A stretch of DNA of 64,000 nucleotides from an uncultured Acidobacteriota bacterium. GTDB taxonomy: Bacteria > Acidobacteriota > Vicinamibacteria > Vicinamibacterales > UBA2999. Of the stretch, positions 49,424-61,243 are shown piece by piece. The notes beneath the pieces are model-generated. The model saw only the letters and a list, made by a program, of their open reading frames with translations. It did no database searches and was not told where the DNA came from. The stretch lies in contig CAWEBU010000006.1 of NCBI GenBank assembly GCA_963807405.1, forward strand, positions 1,383,733 through 1,447,732, in the 5' to 3' direction. The translations under genes and the position numbers were made by a program. The first letter of the stretch is position 1. The number at the start of each line of letters is the position of its first letter.

Positions 49424-52159
49424 ATGCCGCCTGCCATCCCGCGCCTCGTGTCCGTCGCCCTTCGCGCGTATCCGCGGCGCTTCCGGAGCCGCTTCGGGGC
49501 CGACCTCGGCCTGGCCCTGGCCGAGCGATGGCACGTGGCCGGCGCCGCGGCCGCGCCGCAGCGCTGGCGGGTGCGCGGGCATCTCGTCGGCACGGCCGTC
49601 GCCTCGGGTCTGGCCGAACGCTTCGCGGCCCTCCGGCGCCAGTCCTGGCGCACCCATCGTCCACACCTCTACGAACCAGCCGGGAGACATGCCTCCATGT
49701 GGGACAGCCTGCGCTTCGATCTCGCGGCGGCCGTGCGGGGCCTCAGCTCCGCGCGCGCCTTCACCGCCCTCACCGTGCTCGCGCTGGCCCTCGGGCTCGG
49801 CGCCAACAGCGCCGTCTTCGCCGTGGTCAACGGGGTGCTGCTGAAGCCGCTGCCCTACGCCGCGCCGGACCGCCTGGCCATGCTGTGGAGCGAGAACCCG
49901 CGCGGGCCCGCCGACACCAACCCGCTGTCACCGGCCAATTTCGACGACCTGCGTCGCATGAGCCAGTCGTTCGAGACGCTGGACTACGCGCTGTCGTTCC
50001 TCGTGCGCGTGTCGATCGAGGGACGCGAGGACGAGGGCGTGCTGGACGTGCTGCGGGTCGGGCCGACGATGCTGGATCTGCTCGGCATGCAGCCGCAGCT
50101 CGGGCGCAGCATCGGACCCGGCGATCGCGACGTGGCCGTCATCAGCGACCGCGCCTGGCAGACGCGCTTCGGCGGCGATCCCGCCATCGTCGGCCGGCGG
50201 ATCGTCGTGAGTGGCAACGAAGCGCTCACGATCGTCGGCGTGGCCCCGCCAGGATTCGAGTTCCCGCTCCGCGACATGCTGTGGCAGCCGACCGGCACGC
50301 GGCCGCAGGTGGCGGAGATGTGGGTGCCGATGTTCTTCGAGGGACCGCGCTTCGTCAGCGAGGGCGGCGGCTACGTGCGCTCGTTCCATGCTCTCCTGGC
50401 GGTCGGCCGCCTGCGCGCCGGCGTGACGCCGACGGCCGCCGAGGCCGAGATGCGCACCCACGCGCGCACGCTCGGCGAGCGCTACCCCGAGACCAATGCC
50501 GGCTGGGGCGCGCGCGTCGTCGGCCTGCACGAGCAGGCCACCGGAGCGGTGCGGATGGGCATGGTGGTGCTGCAGGCCGGTGCCCTGCTGCTGCTGCTGA
50601 TGGCGGCGGTCAACGTGACCAATCTGGTGCTGGCGCGATCGATCGCGCGACAGCGCGAGCTGGCCGTGCGGGCGGCGCTCGGGGCCAGTCCGCTGCAGCT
50701 CGTGCGCCAGGCCCTCATCGAGAGCCTGCTGCTCTCCACCCTGGCCCTGCTGCTCTCGACCGCGGCGGGTTACTGGATGGTGCGGGCGCTGCTCGCCCTG
50801 GCGCCGAGCACCGTGCCGCGTCTGGCCGACGTGACGGCAGGCGGCACGACGCTCCTGGCCTCAGCGGCGCTGGCGCTCCTCATCGGCGTGGCGCTGGCCA
50901 TCGTGCCGGCCTGGGTGGCGGCGCGGGCCGACGTGCGCGGCGTGCTGCAGGACGGCTCGCGCGGGGCGGCCGGCGCATCGCGCTCCGGCCGACGCCTGCG
51001 GACGTCGCTGGTCGTGGCCGAAGTCGCCCTGGCGGTCGTCATCACCGTGCAGGCCGGATTGCTCTTCCGCAGCTTCGCCTCGCTGCTCGACACCGATCCG
51101 GGGTTCAAAGCCGACCATCTCCTGACGCTGCAGATGTCGACACCCGCCCACCTCACGGGCGAAGAGGCGCGGCGCGCCTTCTACGAGCAGTGGTTCGCGC
51201 GCGTCGCGGCCCTGCCCGGCGTCGAGGCCGTGGGCGGCACGACCCGCATTCCGCTTGGCAGTTCCAACGTCACGACGTCGGTGCGTGCCGAAGGCAACAA
51301 CGCCGCGCCGGCCGCGCTGCCCGAGGTGGAGTTCCGCCGCGGGTCCTCCGACTACTTCCGCGCCATGGGCATGCGGATCGTCCGCGGCCGCGGGTTCCTC
51401 GCCTCCGACCGCCCCACCGATCCGCCGCTGGTCGTCATCAACGAGTCGATGGCGCGCCTCGTCTTCGGCACGGGCAACCCGATCGGCCGCCGCATGCAGA
51501 CCGGTCCCAGCCCGGACGCGACCTGGTTGACGGTCGTTGGCGTGGTCGGCGACGTGCGCCACACCTCGCTCGAGGAGGCGCCGCCGCCGGAGCTGTACCT
51601 GAACATGCTGCACAGCACGCCGAACGCGCCGTTCATCGCCGTGCGCACCTCGGCCGAGCCGACCGCGGTCGTCGCCTCGCTGCGCGAGGTGGCACGCGCC
51701 CTCGATCCGCGGCTCGTGCTCTTCGATGTGCGGACGATGGACGACCTGCGCGGCGCCTCGCTCGCCGAACGGCGCTTCATCCTGGCGCTCGTCGCGGGCT
51801 TCGGCCTGCTGGCGGTCGTACTCGCCGTGGTCGGCGTCTACGGCGTGTTGGCGCTGGTCGTGGCCGAGCGGACGCCGGAACTCGGCCTGCGCATGGCGCT
51901 CGGCGCCGCACCCTCTTCGGTCGTGCGCCTGGTGGTCGGCGAGGCCTTGCGCCTGACGTGCATCGGCGTCGCCATCGGCCTGGCCGTCGCGGTCGGCGCG
52001 GCCACGGCCACGAGCAGCGTGCTCGTCGGCGTCACGGCCTACGACCCGCTGACCTACGCCGTCGTGCCCGCGCTGCTCGTCTTCGGGGCCACGGTGGCCG
52101 CCCTGGCGCCAGCCCGGCGGGCGGTCCGCGTCGCCCCGGCCACGACGCTGCACGCCTGA
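49424..52159 (+). CDS. duplicated FtsX-domain ABC permease (ADOP family, MacB-like)
   Basis: 911 aa with two MacB_PCD/FtsX modules (AFTALTVLALALGLGANSAVFAVVNGVLLKPLPY...). Starts 6 nt after padR, the classic PadR-ADOP pairing. Confidence 0.85.
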   Translation: MPPAIPRLVSVALRAYPRRFRSRFGADLGLALAERWHVAGAAAAPQRWRVRGHLVGTAVASGLAERFAALRRQSWRTHRPHLYEPAGRHASMWDSLRFDLAAAVRGLSSARAFTALTVLALALGLGANSAVFAVVNGVLLKPLPYAAPDRLAMLWSENPRGPADTNPLSPANFDDLRRMSQSFETLDYALSFLVRVSIEGREDEGVLDVLRVGPTMLDLLGMQPQLGRSIGPGDRDVAVISDRAWQTRFGGDPAIVGRRIVVSGNEALTIVGVAPPGFEFPLRDMLWQPTGTRPQVAEMWVPMFFEGPRFVSEGGGYVRSFHALLAVGRLRAGVTPTAAEAEMRTHARTLGERYPETNAGWGARVVGLHEQATGAVRMGMVVLQAGALLLLLMAAVNVTNLVLARSIARQRELAVRAALGASPLQLVRQALIESLLLSTLALLLSTAAGYWMVRALLALAPSTVPRLADVTAGGTTLLASAALALLIGVALAIVPAWVAARADVRGVLQDGSRGAAGASRSGRRLRTSLVVAEVALAVVITVQAGLLFRSFASLLDTDPGFKADHLLTLQMSTPAHLTGEEARRAFYEQWFARVAALPGVEAVGGTTRIPLGSSNVTTSVRAEGNNAAPAALPEVEFRRGSSDYFRAMGMRIVRGRGFLASDRPTDPPLVVINESMARLVFGTGNPIGRRMQTGPSPDATWLTVVGVVGDVRHTSLEEAPPPELYLNMLHSTPNAPFIAVRTSAEPTAVVASLREVARALDPRLVLFDVRTMDDLRGASLAERRFILALVAGFGLLAVVLAVVGVYGVLALVVAERTPELGLRMALGAAPSSVVRLVVGEALRLTCIGVAIGLAVAVGAATATSSVLVGVTAYDPLTYAVVPALLVFGATVAALAPARRAVRVAPATTLHA

Positions 52160-52173
52160 GCGCGGGCGCTCAG
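52156..52173. terminator. palindrome spanning the two convergent stop codons (ADOP permease / pepF)
   Basis: CTGAGCGC-GG-GCGCTCAG is a perfect 8+2+8 palindrome. It contains TGA (52157-52159, plus strand) and TCA, i.e. TGA on the minus strand (52170-52172). Confidence 0.3.
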
Positions 52174-53996
52174 CCGAGCGCCGTTTCGAGCTCGGTCACC
52201 AGCCGGTCGAAGCGCGAGACGAGCGCGCGGATGGCGGTGGGCTCGGCCAGGTCCACGCCGGCCCGCTTCAGCAGCGCCATCGGATGGTCGCTGCCGCCGG
52301 CGCGCAGCAGATCGAGATAGCGGCGCACGCCGTCGTCGCGACGCCCGGCATCGGTGCTGCCAACGGTCTCCATGAGCGCCGCTGTCGATGCCATGCAGGT
52401 GGCGTACTGGTAGACGTAGTACGGCGCCTGGAAAAAGTGCGGGATGCGGGCCCACGTCCACGCCGTGCGCACGTCGCGCGTGATGGCGTCGCCCCAGTAG
52501 GCCTCGACGGTACGGGCGTAGAGCTGGCCGAGGGCGTCGGCCGTGATCGGCTCCTCGCGTTCCACCGCGCGGTGGGCCTCGAGCTCGTAGTCGGCGAACA
52601 CGACCTGGTTGTAGAAGGTGCCGACGATGCCGTCGATGGCGTGCTGCAGCAGCATCGTCCGTTCGGCCACCGTCGTCGCGCGCTCCAGCATGAACTCGAG
52701 CAGCAGTTCCTCGTTGAGGGTCGACGGCACCTCGGCCACGAAGATCGTGTAGCCGGCATAGACGAACGGCTGGCTGTCGTGCGCCAGCAAGGTGTGCATC
52801 GAGTGGCCCATCTCGTGGGCCAGGGTGAACACGGCGTCCAGCGTGTCGTTGTAGTTGAGCAGCATGTACGGGTGTGCCCCGTAGACCGGCGCCGAGTAGG
52901 CGCCGCTGCGCTTGCCCTTGTTCTCGTAGACGTCGATCCAGCGCTGTTCGAAGGCGTCGCGGACGCGGGCCTGGTAGTCGGTCCCGAGCCGCGCCGTGGA
53001 CGCGATGATCCACTCCTTGACGTCCTCGTAGCGGTACTGCACGTCGTGCTCGACGAGCGGGACGTAGGTGTCGGCCGGAGTGTAGGTGTCGAGGCCGAGC
53101 ACCCGCTGGCGCAGGCGGTGATAGCGCTGGAACGGCTCGACGCCGGCCCGGGCTTCGGCGATGAGCGTGGTCACGACGTCGGTCGGAATGGCGTTGCCGA
53201 AGAGCGCCGCCTCGAGCGTGCTCTTGTAGCCGCGCGCCCGCGCCTGGAACCAGTCGCGGTGCAGCACACTGTTGTAGATCGAGGCAAACGTGTTGCGATT
53301 GCCGCCGAAGACATCGTAGTGCGCGTCGTAGACGGCCCGGCGATCGGCGGCCACCCGGCTGGTCGCCAGGATGCGCCGGTAGTTGCCGTAGGTGCACTCG
53401 ACGCTGGTGCCGTCGCTGAGCGTGACGGCCGGGAACCTGGCATCGGCCGTCGACAGCGCCTCGTAGACGTCCTTCGGCGCGCCGGCCAGGCGCGACGACA
53501 GCGAGAGCAGCCGCTCGCCCGGCTGGTCGAGCACGTGGGCCTGCTTGCGGAACAGGTCGTCGACGGCGAAGCGGTAGACGGCGAGCGCCGAATCCTCGGC
53601 CATCCACGCGTGGATCGAGTCGAGGGGGACGCGCAGCAGTTCGGGATTGAACCAGGAGGTGGCCTGTTCGAGACGGGCAAACAGGAGCTGCACCCGCTGG
53701 CGGCGGGCGGCCGACGCGTTGTCCCGCTGGTCCTGATCGTGGGTCAGCGACGGGTAGTACCAGACGCGGTAGCTGAGCTGGCCGATGACGTCGTGCGCTT
53801 CGAGCGCGGTCCGCAGGGGCCCACCGCCGCTGTCGAGCGTGCCGGAGAAGGCCTCGAACTCGCCAATCCGTCGCTCGAGGTCGATGACCGCTTCGTCCCA
53901 GGCCTCCCACGACGGGAAGATCGCGGACAGGTCCCAGGTGTGAGCCGGATCGATCGCGGACCGATCGGGGGTGACGAGCGCAGTCGCAACAGCCAT
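52170..53996 (-). CDS. pepF: oligoendopeptidase F (M3B family)
   Basis: 608 aa with the zinc motif HEMGHSMH and family-typical length and flanking sequence. Confidence 0.9.
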   Translation of the reverse strand: MAVATALVTPDRSAIDPAHTWDLSAIFPSWEAWDEAVIDLERRIGEFEAFSGTLDSGGGPLRTALEAHDVIGQLSYRVWYYPSLTHDQDQRDNASAARRQRVQLLFARLEQATSWFNPELLRVPLDSIHAWMAEDSALAVYRFAVDDLFRKQAHVLDQPGERLLSLSSRLAGAPKDVYEALSTADARFPAVTLSDGTSVECTYGNYRRILATSRVAADRRAVYDAHYDVFGGNRNTFASIYNSVLHRDWFQARARGYKSTLEAALFGNAIPTDVVTTLIAEARAGVEPFQRYHRLRQRVLGLDTYTPADTYVPLVEHDVQYRYEDVKEWIIASTARLGTDYQARVRDAFEQRWIDVYENKGKRSGAYSAPVYGAHPYMLLNYNDTLDAVFTLAHEMGHSMHTLLAHDSQPFVYAGYTIFVAEVPSTLNEELLLEFMLERATTVAERTMLLQHAIDGIVGTFYNQVVFADYELEAHRAVEREEPITADALGQLYARTVEAYWGDAITRDVRTAWTWARIPHFFQAPYYVYQYATCMASTAALMETVGSTDAGRRDDGVRRYLDLLRAGGSDHPMALLKRAGVDLAEPTAIRALVSRFDRLVTELETALG

Positions 53997-54023
53997 CGCG
54001 CTAATGTTACCCGCGCCTCACGG

Positions 54024-56276
54024 TCACTCGCCAGCCACCCGCGTGGGCGGCTCGACCAGGCGCCGGTCGCGCACCAGGGCCGGCACGGCCGCCAGCACGC
54101 CGCCCAGGCCGCCGGCACCCCGCCGCCAGGCATGGAACGCCGTCAGCACGGTGTGCTGGCCGCGGGTGACGGTGCCGCGCTTCCAGGCGCCGGCCGCGAA
54201 CTTGTTGGCCTCGGCCATGGTCGGGTAGGTGTGAATCGTCCCGAGGATGGTGCCGAGGCCCAGGCCCTGCTTCATGGCCGTCACGAACTCGACCAGCAGG
54301 TCGGCGGCATGGGCGCCGGCAATCGTCGCGCCGAGGATGCGGTCGGTCCCGGGCGCGGTCAGCACCTTGACCAGGCCCTCGGCGGCGCCATCGGCGATCG
54401 CCCGGTCGAGATCGTCGATGCCGTAGGTGGTGACCGTGAAGGGCACGCCCTTCTCCACGGCCTCCTGTTCGTTCAAGCCGACGCGGGCCACTTCCGGTTC
54501 CGTGAAGGTCGCCCACGGCACCACCGAGTAGTCGACGCGGAACTTCCGGAACCGTCCGAAGAGCGCGTTGACCGAGGCGAACCACGCGGCGTGGGCGGCG
54601 GTGTGGGTGAACTGGAACGGCCCGGCCACGTCGCCACACGCGAGGATGTTCGGAAACCGGGTCTCCAGGAAGCCGTTGACCTCCACCGTCCGCGACTTCG
54701 TGGTCGGGATGCCGAGCGCCTCGAGGCCGTAGCCGGTGGTGGTGGCGGCGCGTCCCACCGCGCACAGGATCTCGTCGAAGGCAATCGCGGTCGTGGCGCC
54801 GGCGTGTTCCACGCGCAGCCGCTTCTCGCCGTCCACGACCTCGACGGCCAGGGCCTTGTGGCCGACCCGGACGTCGATGCCGTCATCGGCGAAGGCCTGG
54901 GCGACCAGCGCCGAGAACTCGGCGTCCTCCTTGCTGAGCAGCCGTGGCCCCATTTCGACCTGGGTCACCTGCGAGCCCAGGCGCGCGAACGCCTGGGCCA
55001 GCTCGCAGCCGATCGGCCCGCCGCCGAGCACGACCAGACGCCTGGGCAGCGTGCGCAGGCGCCACACCGTGTCGGACGTCAGCGGCGCGACCTCGGCCAG
55101 GCCAGGCAGCGGCGGCACCACCGGCCGGGCGCCGGCCGCGATGACGATGTGCGTGGTCGTGAGCGTGCGCGTCGTGCCGTCGGCCGCCGCCACGTCCACC
55201 GTCCACGGCGAGGTGATGGTGGCGGTCCCCTGCACGCACGTCACGCCCAGGCGGGTGTAGCGCTCGACCGAATCGTGCGGTGCGATGTCGCCGATGACGC
55301 GTTGCACGCGCGCCATGACCGCCGCGAAGTCGACCTCGGGTGCGGCCACACGGATGCCGAACTCCGGGGCGCGGCGGATATCGGCGAGCAGCCTGGCCGA
55401 GCGGAGCAGCGCCTTCGATGGCACGCACCCCGTGTGCAGGCAGTCGCCGCCCATCTCGTTCTTCTCGACCAGCGCGACCCGGGCCTTGACGGCGGCGGCG
55501 ATATAGGCGGACACGAGACCGGCCGAGCCGGCGCCGATGACGACCAGATTGTGATCGAAGGTCGCCGGCCGCAGGTGGGCGAACGGCCGGTAGACGGCGC
55601 GCCGGCGCGCCGCATCGACGACCCGCCGGGCAACCAGCGGCAGCAGGCCGAGGGCCGTGAACGAGAGCAGGAGCGTCGGCGACAGGATGCCGGACAGCCC
55701 CTCGAGCTGCGCCAGCTGGGTGCCGGCGTTGACGTAGACGAGGGTCGCCGGCAGCATCCCCACCTGGCTCACGCCGTAGAACGTGGCCGTGGCGATCGGC
55801 GTCAGGCCCATCAGCAGGTTGACGACGAAGAACGGCACGACGGGGACCAGCCGCAGCGTGAAGAGATAGAACGCGCCCTCGCGCTCCACGCCGGCGTTGA
55901 TCGCCGTCAGACGCTCACCGAAGCGCCGTTGCACGCCGTCCCGCAGCACGAAGCGCGACGACAGGAACGCCAGCGTGGCGCCGATCGAGGAGGCGAACGA
56001 CACGAGCAGGGTGCCGGTCAGGACACCGAAGAGCGCACCGGCGGCCAGCGTCATGATCGCGGCCCCGGGGAGCGAGGCGGCCGCCACCAGGACGTAGACG
56101 GCGAAGAACGTGCCGGCCGTCTGCCACGGATGCGCCTGCCGGTAGGCCTCGACGGCCTCCTGCTGCCCCTTCAGCGCGTCGAGACTGGCAAAGCGATCGA
56201 GGTCGAAGGCGAAGAACGCGACGATGAGCGCCACGATGGCGCCGGCGACGAGGAAGCGTGACAGGCGCGGCGGCAT
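54024..56276 (-). CDS. TVP38/TMEM64 (DedA-like) membrane domain fused to an FAD-dependent pyridine nucleotide-disulfide oxidoreductase
   Basis: 750 aa. The N-terminal ~230 aa are polytopic membrane sequence. This is followed by VVIGAGSAGLVSAYIAA, the redox-active GGDCLHTGCVPSK, and a C-terminal dimerisation domain (IHTYPTMAE). Confidence 0.85.
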   Translation of the reverse strand: MPPRLSRFLVAGAIVALIVAFFAFDLDRFASLDALKGQQEAVEAYRQAHPWQTAGTFFAVYVLVAAASLPGAAIMTLAAGALFGVLTGTLLVSFASSIGATLAFLSSRFVLRDGVQRRFGERLTAINAGVEREGAFYLFTLRLVPVVPFFVVNLLMGLTPIATATFYGVSQVGMLPATLVYVNAGTQLAQLEGLSGILSPTLLLSFTALGLLPLVARRVVDAARRRAVYRPFAHLRPATFDHNLVVIGAGSAGLVSAYIAAAVKARVALVEKNEMGGDCLHTGCVPSKALLRSARLLADIRRAPEFGIRVAAPEVDFAAVMARVQRVIGDIAPHDSVERYTRLGVTCVQGTATITSPWTVDVAAADGTTRTLTTTHIVIAAGARPVVPPLPGLAEVAPLTSDTVWRLRTLPRRLVVLGGGPIGCELAQAFARLGSQVTQVEMGPRLLSKEDAEFSALVAQAFADDGIDVRVGHKALAVEVVDGEKRLRVEHAGATTAIAFDEILCAVGRAATTTGYGLEALGIPTTKSRTVEVNGFLETRFPNILACGDVAGPFQFTHTAAHAAWFASVNALFGRFRKFRVDYSVVPWATFTEPEVARVGLNEQEAVEKGVPFTVTTYGIDDLDRAIADGAAEGLVKVLTAPGTDRILGATIAGAHAADLLVEFVTAMKQGLGLGTILGTIHTYPTMAEANKFAAGAWKRGTVTRGQHTVLTAFHAWRRGAGGLGGVLAAVPALVRDRRLVEPPTRVAGE

Positions 56277-56322
56277 CTAGACGGGTTCGATGCCGCGCGG
56301 AACCTGTTGTGTCACGCGGCGA

Positions 56323-57633
56323 TCAGTGCGCGGCGCCGAGCGCGGCGGCCAGCGCCTCGAGCCGCGGTGGAATGCGAGCCGCCACGACCTCGAGGGCGAG
56401 GCGGGCGGCCAGGGCCGGCGGCAGGTCGACGGCGTGCCCGAGCGTGGGCTCGACCACTTCGGGGAACTTCGCCGGATGCGCCGTGGCGAGCACGATCGTC
56501 GGGGCCTCATCGCTGGCGCGGGCCGCCTTCCCGGCGCCGGCCACGCCGACGGCCGTGTGCGGGTCGGCGATGTAGCCGGCCGCCGCCTGCAAGGCGCCAA
56601 TCGTGGCCCGCACCTCGGCGTCGCTGACGACCACGCCGGAGATGTCCGCGCGCATCCGCTCCAGGTCGTGACCGTAGAGCCAGATCAGGCGTTCGAGGTT
56701 GCTCGGGTGGCCGACGTCCATGGCGCTGGCCAGCGTGGGCACGGCATCGGACGGCTCGAAGGCGCCGCTGGCCAGGTAGCGCGGAAACGGGTCGTTGATG
56801 GTCGTGGCGGAGACGAAATGCCCGATCGGCACACCGCGTCGCGCCGCCATGACGCCGGCGGTGAGATTGCCGAGGTTGCCGCTCGGCACGACCACGGTGG
56901 GCGGCGGCGCGGTGGCCGGCAACTGCAGCACGGCCCAGGCGTAGTAGGCCATCTGCGGCAGCAGGCGGCCGATGTTGATCGAGTTGGCGGAGGTCAGACG
57001 ATGGACGGCGGAGAGCGACGAGTCGGCGAAGGCAGCCTTCACCAGCCGCTGACAGTCGTCGAACGTGCCCTCGACGGCCAGTGCGGAGACGTTGTCGCCG
57101 AGCGTGGTGAACTGCACTTCCTGGACGCGGCTGACGCGGCCGTGCGGATAGAGCACGACCACGCGCGTCCCGGGCAGGCGGTGGAACGCCTGCGCCACCG
57201 CCCCGCCGGTATCACCCGAGGTGGCGACCAGCACCGTCAGCGGCCGGGCGGGGTCGTCCGCCGCGATGGCCGCCAGCCATCGCGCCATGGTGCGCGCGCC
57301 GACGTCCTTGAAGGCCAGGGTCGGCCCGTGGAAGAGCTCCAGCACGTAGCGGCCATCGCCCAGGGCGACGAGCGGCACCGGGAAATCGAGCGCCGCCGCC
57401 ATCAGGTCATCCAGCGCGCCGGCCGCGAAGGTGTCCGCCGCCAGCGGCGCTATGAGTGCCGCCGCCACCTCCGCGAACGAGCGGCCGCGCAGCGCCGCGA
57501 ACTCGGCCGCCGTCATCGCGGGAATCGCCGTCGGCACGTAGAGGCCGCCGTCTGGCGCCAGACCTCGACGCACGGCCTCGGCGAGCGTGACCGGCGTGTC
57601 GTGGCCGCCGGCGCGGGTGCTGATGAAGGGCAC
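56323..57633 (-). CDS. thrC: threonine synthase
   Basis: GTG at 57633 (VPFISTRAGG...) with the PLP-lysine region HGPTLAFKDVGAR and ATSGDTGGAV. About 436 aa. The start overlaps the thrB stop by 1 nt (TAGTG). Confidence 0.92.
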   Translation of the reverse strand: MPFISTRAGGHDTPVTLAEAVRRGLAPDGGLYVPTAIPAMTAAEFAALRGRSFAEVAAALIAPLAADTFAAGALDDLMAAALDFPVPLVALGDGRYVLELFHGPTLAFKDVGARTMARWLAAIAADDPARPLTVLVATSGDTGGAVAQAFHRLPGTRVVVLYPHGRVSRVQEVQFTTLGDNVSALAVEGTFDDCQRLVKAAFADSSLSAVHRLTSANSINIGRLLPQMAYYAWAVLQLPATAPPPTVVVPSGNLGNLTAGVMAARRGVPIGHFVSATTINDPFPRYLASGAFEPSDAVPTLASAMDVGHPSNLERLIWLYGHDLERMRADISGVVVSDAEVRATIGALQAAAGYIADPHTAVGVAGAGKAARASDEAPTIVLATAHPAKFPEVVEPTLGHAVDLPPALAARLALEVVAARIPPRLEALAAALGAAH

Positions 57634-58575
57634 TAGCGGACTCCCTCGAGATCGACGACGCGCGCGCCGGTCGTGCCGACCGGCGAGACCCACAGATCGG
57701 CACCGGGACCGGATTCCCGCCGCGTAGGCGGCGGCCATCGCCTCGCCCACGGCACGGGCGGCCTCGAGCCCCGCCGCCAGCGCGAAGATCGACGGGCCCG
57801 AGCCCGACAGGCTGCAGCCGAGCGCGCCGGCCTGATGCGCCGCCTCCTTGACGCGCGCGAACCCCGGCACGAGGGCGGCACGCTTCGGTTCCGCCACGTG
57901 GTCGACCAGCGCCCGCGACAGGAGCGCCAGGTCGCCCGTGTACAGCGCCGAGACGAGGGCGCCGAGATTGGCCCACTGACGCACCGCCGTGGCGAGCGGC
58001 AGCGAATCGCCGAGCAGGGCGCGCGCCGTGCCGGTGTGAATCTCGAGGTGCGGGTGGAGGACGGCGCACGACAGGCCGTCCGGCACCGGCAGCCGCACGA
58101 TGTCGGGCGGATCGACGCTGCGCGCCAGCACGAACCCGCCGTAGAGCGACGGCGCCACGTTGTCGGGGTGGACGGCGCCGCAGCCGGCGCGTTCGCCTTC
58201 CATCGCCGCCTGGCACACGAGATCGAGCGCGGCCGGACGGCCGAGCAGCTCGTTGACCGCCACGACCGCGGCCACCGCGCTGGCGCCGCTGCTGCCGACG
58301 CCGCTGGCGAGCGGCAGGCCCTTGTGCACGTCGAGCCGGATGCCCTGCCGGGTGCCGAGCGCGGCCAGCAGCGCCTGGGCGGCGGCGCCGGCGGTATTCT
58401 TGGCAGGATCGCGGGACAACCGGCCTCCGTCGCCAGTGATCTCGCCGATGAGGACGCCGGGCGCGTCGGTCAGGCGCGCCACGACGATGTCGCCCGGCTC
58501 GTCGAGCGCGAAGCCGAGCACGTCGAACCCGGCCGCGACGTTCGAGACGGTGGCCGGGGCGAACGCGGCAATCAT
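57633..58575 (-). pseudogene. thrB: homoserine kinase, +1 frameshift near 57711
   Basis: MIAAFAPATVSNVAAGFDVLGFAL..., GHMP motif GLPLASGVGSSGASAVA, then AMAAAYAAGI|GPGADLWVSPVGTTGARVVDLEGVR* after removing one base. The C-terminal 30 aa lie in ORF 57633-57881. The ATG overlaps the thioesterase stop as ATGA. Confidence 0.85.
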
Positions 58576-58964
58576 CGTGCGCCCCCGTCCTCGGACCGGA
58601 TGGCGATCGGACGTCCGTCCTGGTCGACCGCCACGAGCACCACCTCGGCGTAGGTGACCTTCTCGCGCTCGCCGGCGCCGGCGCCCCAGCGCTCCACCTC
58701 GACCGACACGGCGACGGTGACCGAGGTCCGGCCTACCCGCAACGTCTCGGTGTAGAAGCTGACGAGGTCGCCGACCAACACCGGCGCGTGGAACTCCACC
58801 TCGCGAAAGGCCTTGGTCACGAAGCGGTGCGGCGCCGTCTTGCGGGCCTCGACGGCCGACGCCAGGTCGATGTGCGAGAGGATGACGCCACCGAAGATCG
58901 TCCCCAGGTTGTTGGTGTCTTTGGGCAGCAGCAGCACCTTGATGGCGGGGACGCGTTCGGACAT
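58572..58964 (-). CDS. acyl-CoA thioesterase (hotdog fold, YciA-like)
   Basis: 130 aa with LLPKDTNNLGTIFGGVILSHIDLA...EVEFHAPVLVGDLVSFY. Confidence 0.85.
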   Translation of the reverse strand: MSERVPAIKVLLLPKDTNNLGTIFGGVILSHIDLASAVEARKTAPHRFVTKAFREVEFHAPVLVGDLVSFYTETLRVGRTSVTVAVSVEVERWGAGAGEREKVTYAEVVLVAVDQDGRPIAIRSEDGGAR

Positions 58965-59048
58965 TGCTGTGATGGTAGTAAAAAGATCGTGTCAGACGCG
59001 AATCCGCCGTGCACTCCCGGGAATTTCGTTTATTCTGATTGGTCTGAC

Positions 59049-61014
<1,966 letters not shown>

Positions 61015-61057
61015 GCGCGCGTTTCCTGCAGTGACGCAGCCGCGACTGCGACACCAC

Positions 61058-61156
61058 AGTTGTAACGGGGTCTGTCACCGTCACGAGTTGTAACGGGGTC
61101 TGTCACCGTCACCGGCAGCAAATCAGTTGGTGACGGTGACAGACCCCGTTACAACT
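61058..61156. repeat. REP-like composite element, second locus: two direct 27-nt copies plus one perfect inverted copy
   Basis: AGTTGTAACGGGGTCTGTCACCGTCAC occurs at 61058-61084 and 61086-61112. Its exact reverse complement is at 61130-61156, leaving a 17-nt loop. It lies between the convergent 3' ends of speA and the DUF349 gene. Confidence 0.9.
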
Positions 61157-61243
61157 CGTCGCATGCCGGAAAGGCCCGTACGTAGTTCGAGCGGCAAGTC
61201 TCCCGCGGGAGACCGGCCGCTCGGGTGATGGCTGGGGCGCGCG

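Noticed and set aside
52284-56261. 1325-aa plus-strand ORF.
   Set aside because: It is antisense to pepF and the TVP38-FAD reductase, which both carry clear family motifs. This is a high-GC open-frame artefact.
61058-61112. Tandem 27-nt repeats considered as a mini CRISPR array.
   Set aside because: There are only two direct copies separated by a single nucleotide, with no spacers, and an inverted third copy. No cas genes are present. This is REP/terminator-like, not CRISPR.
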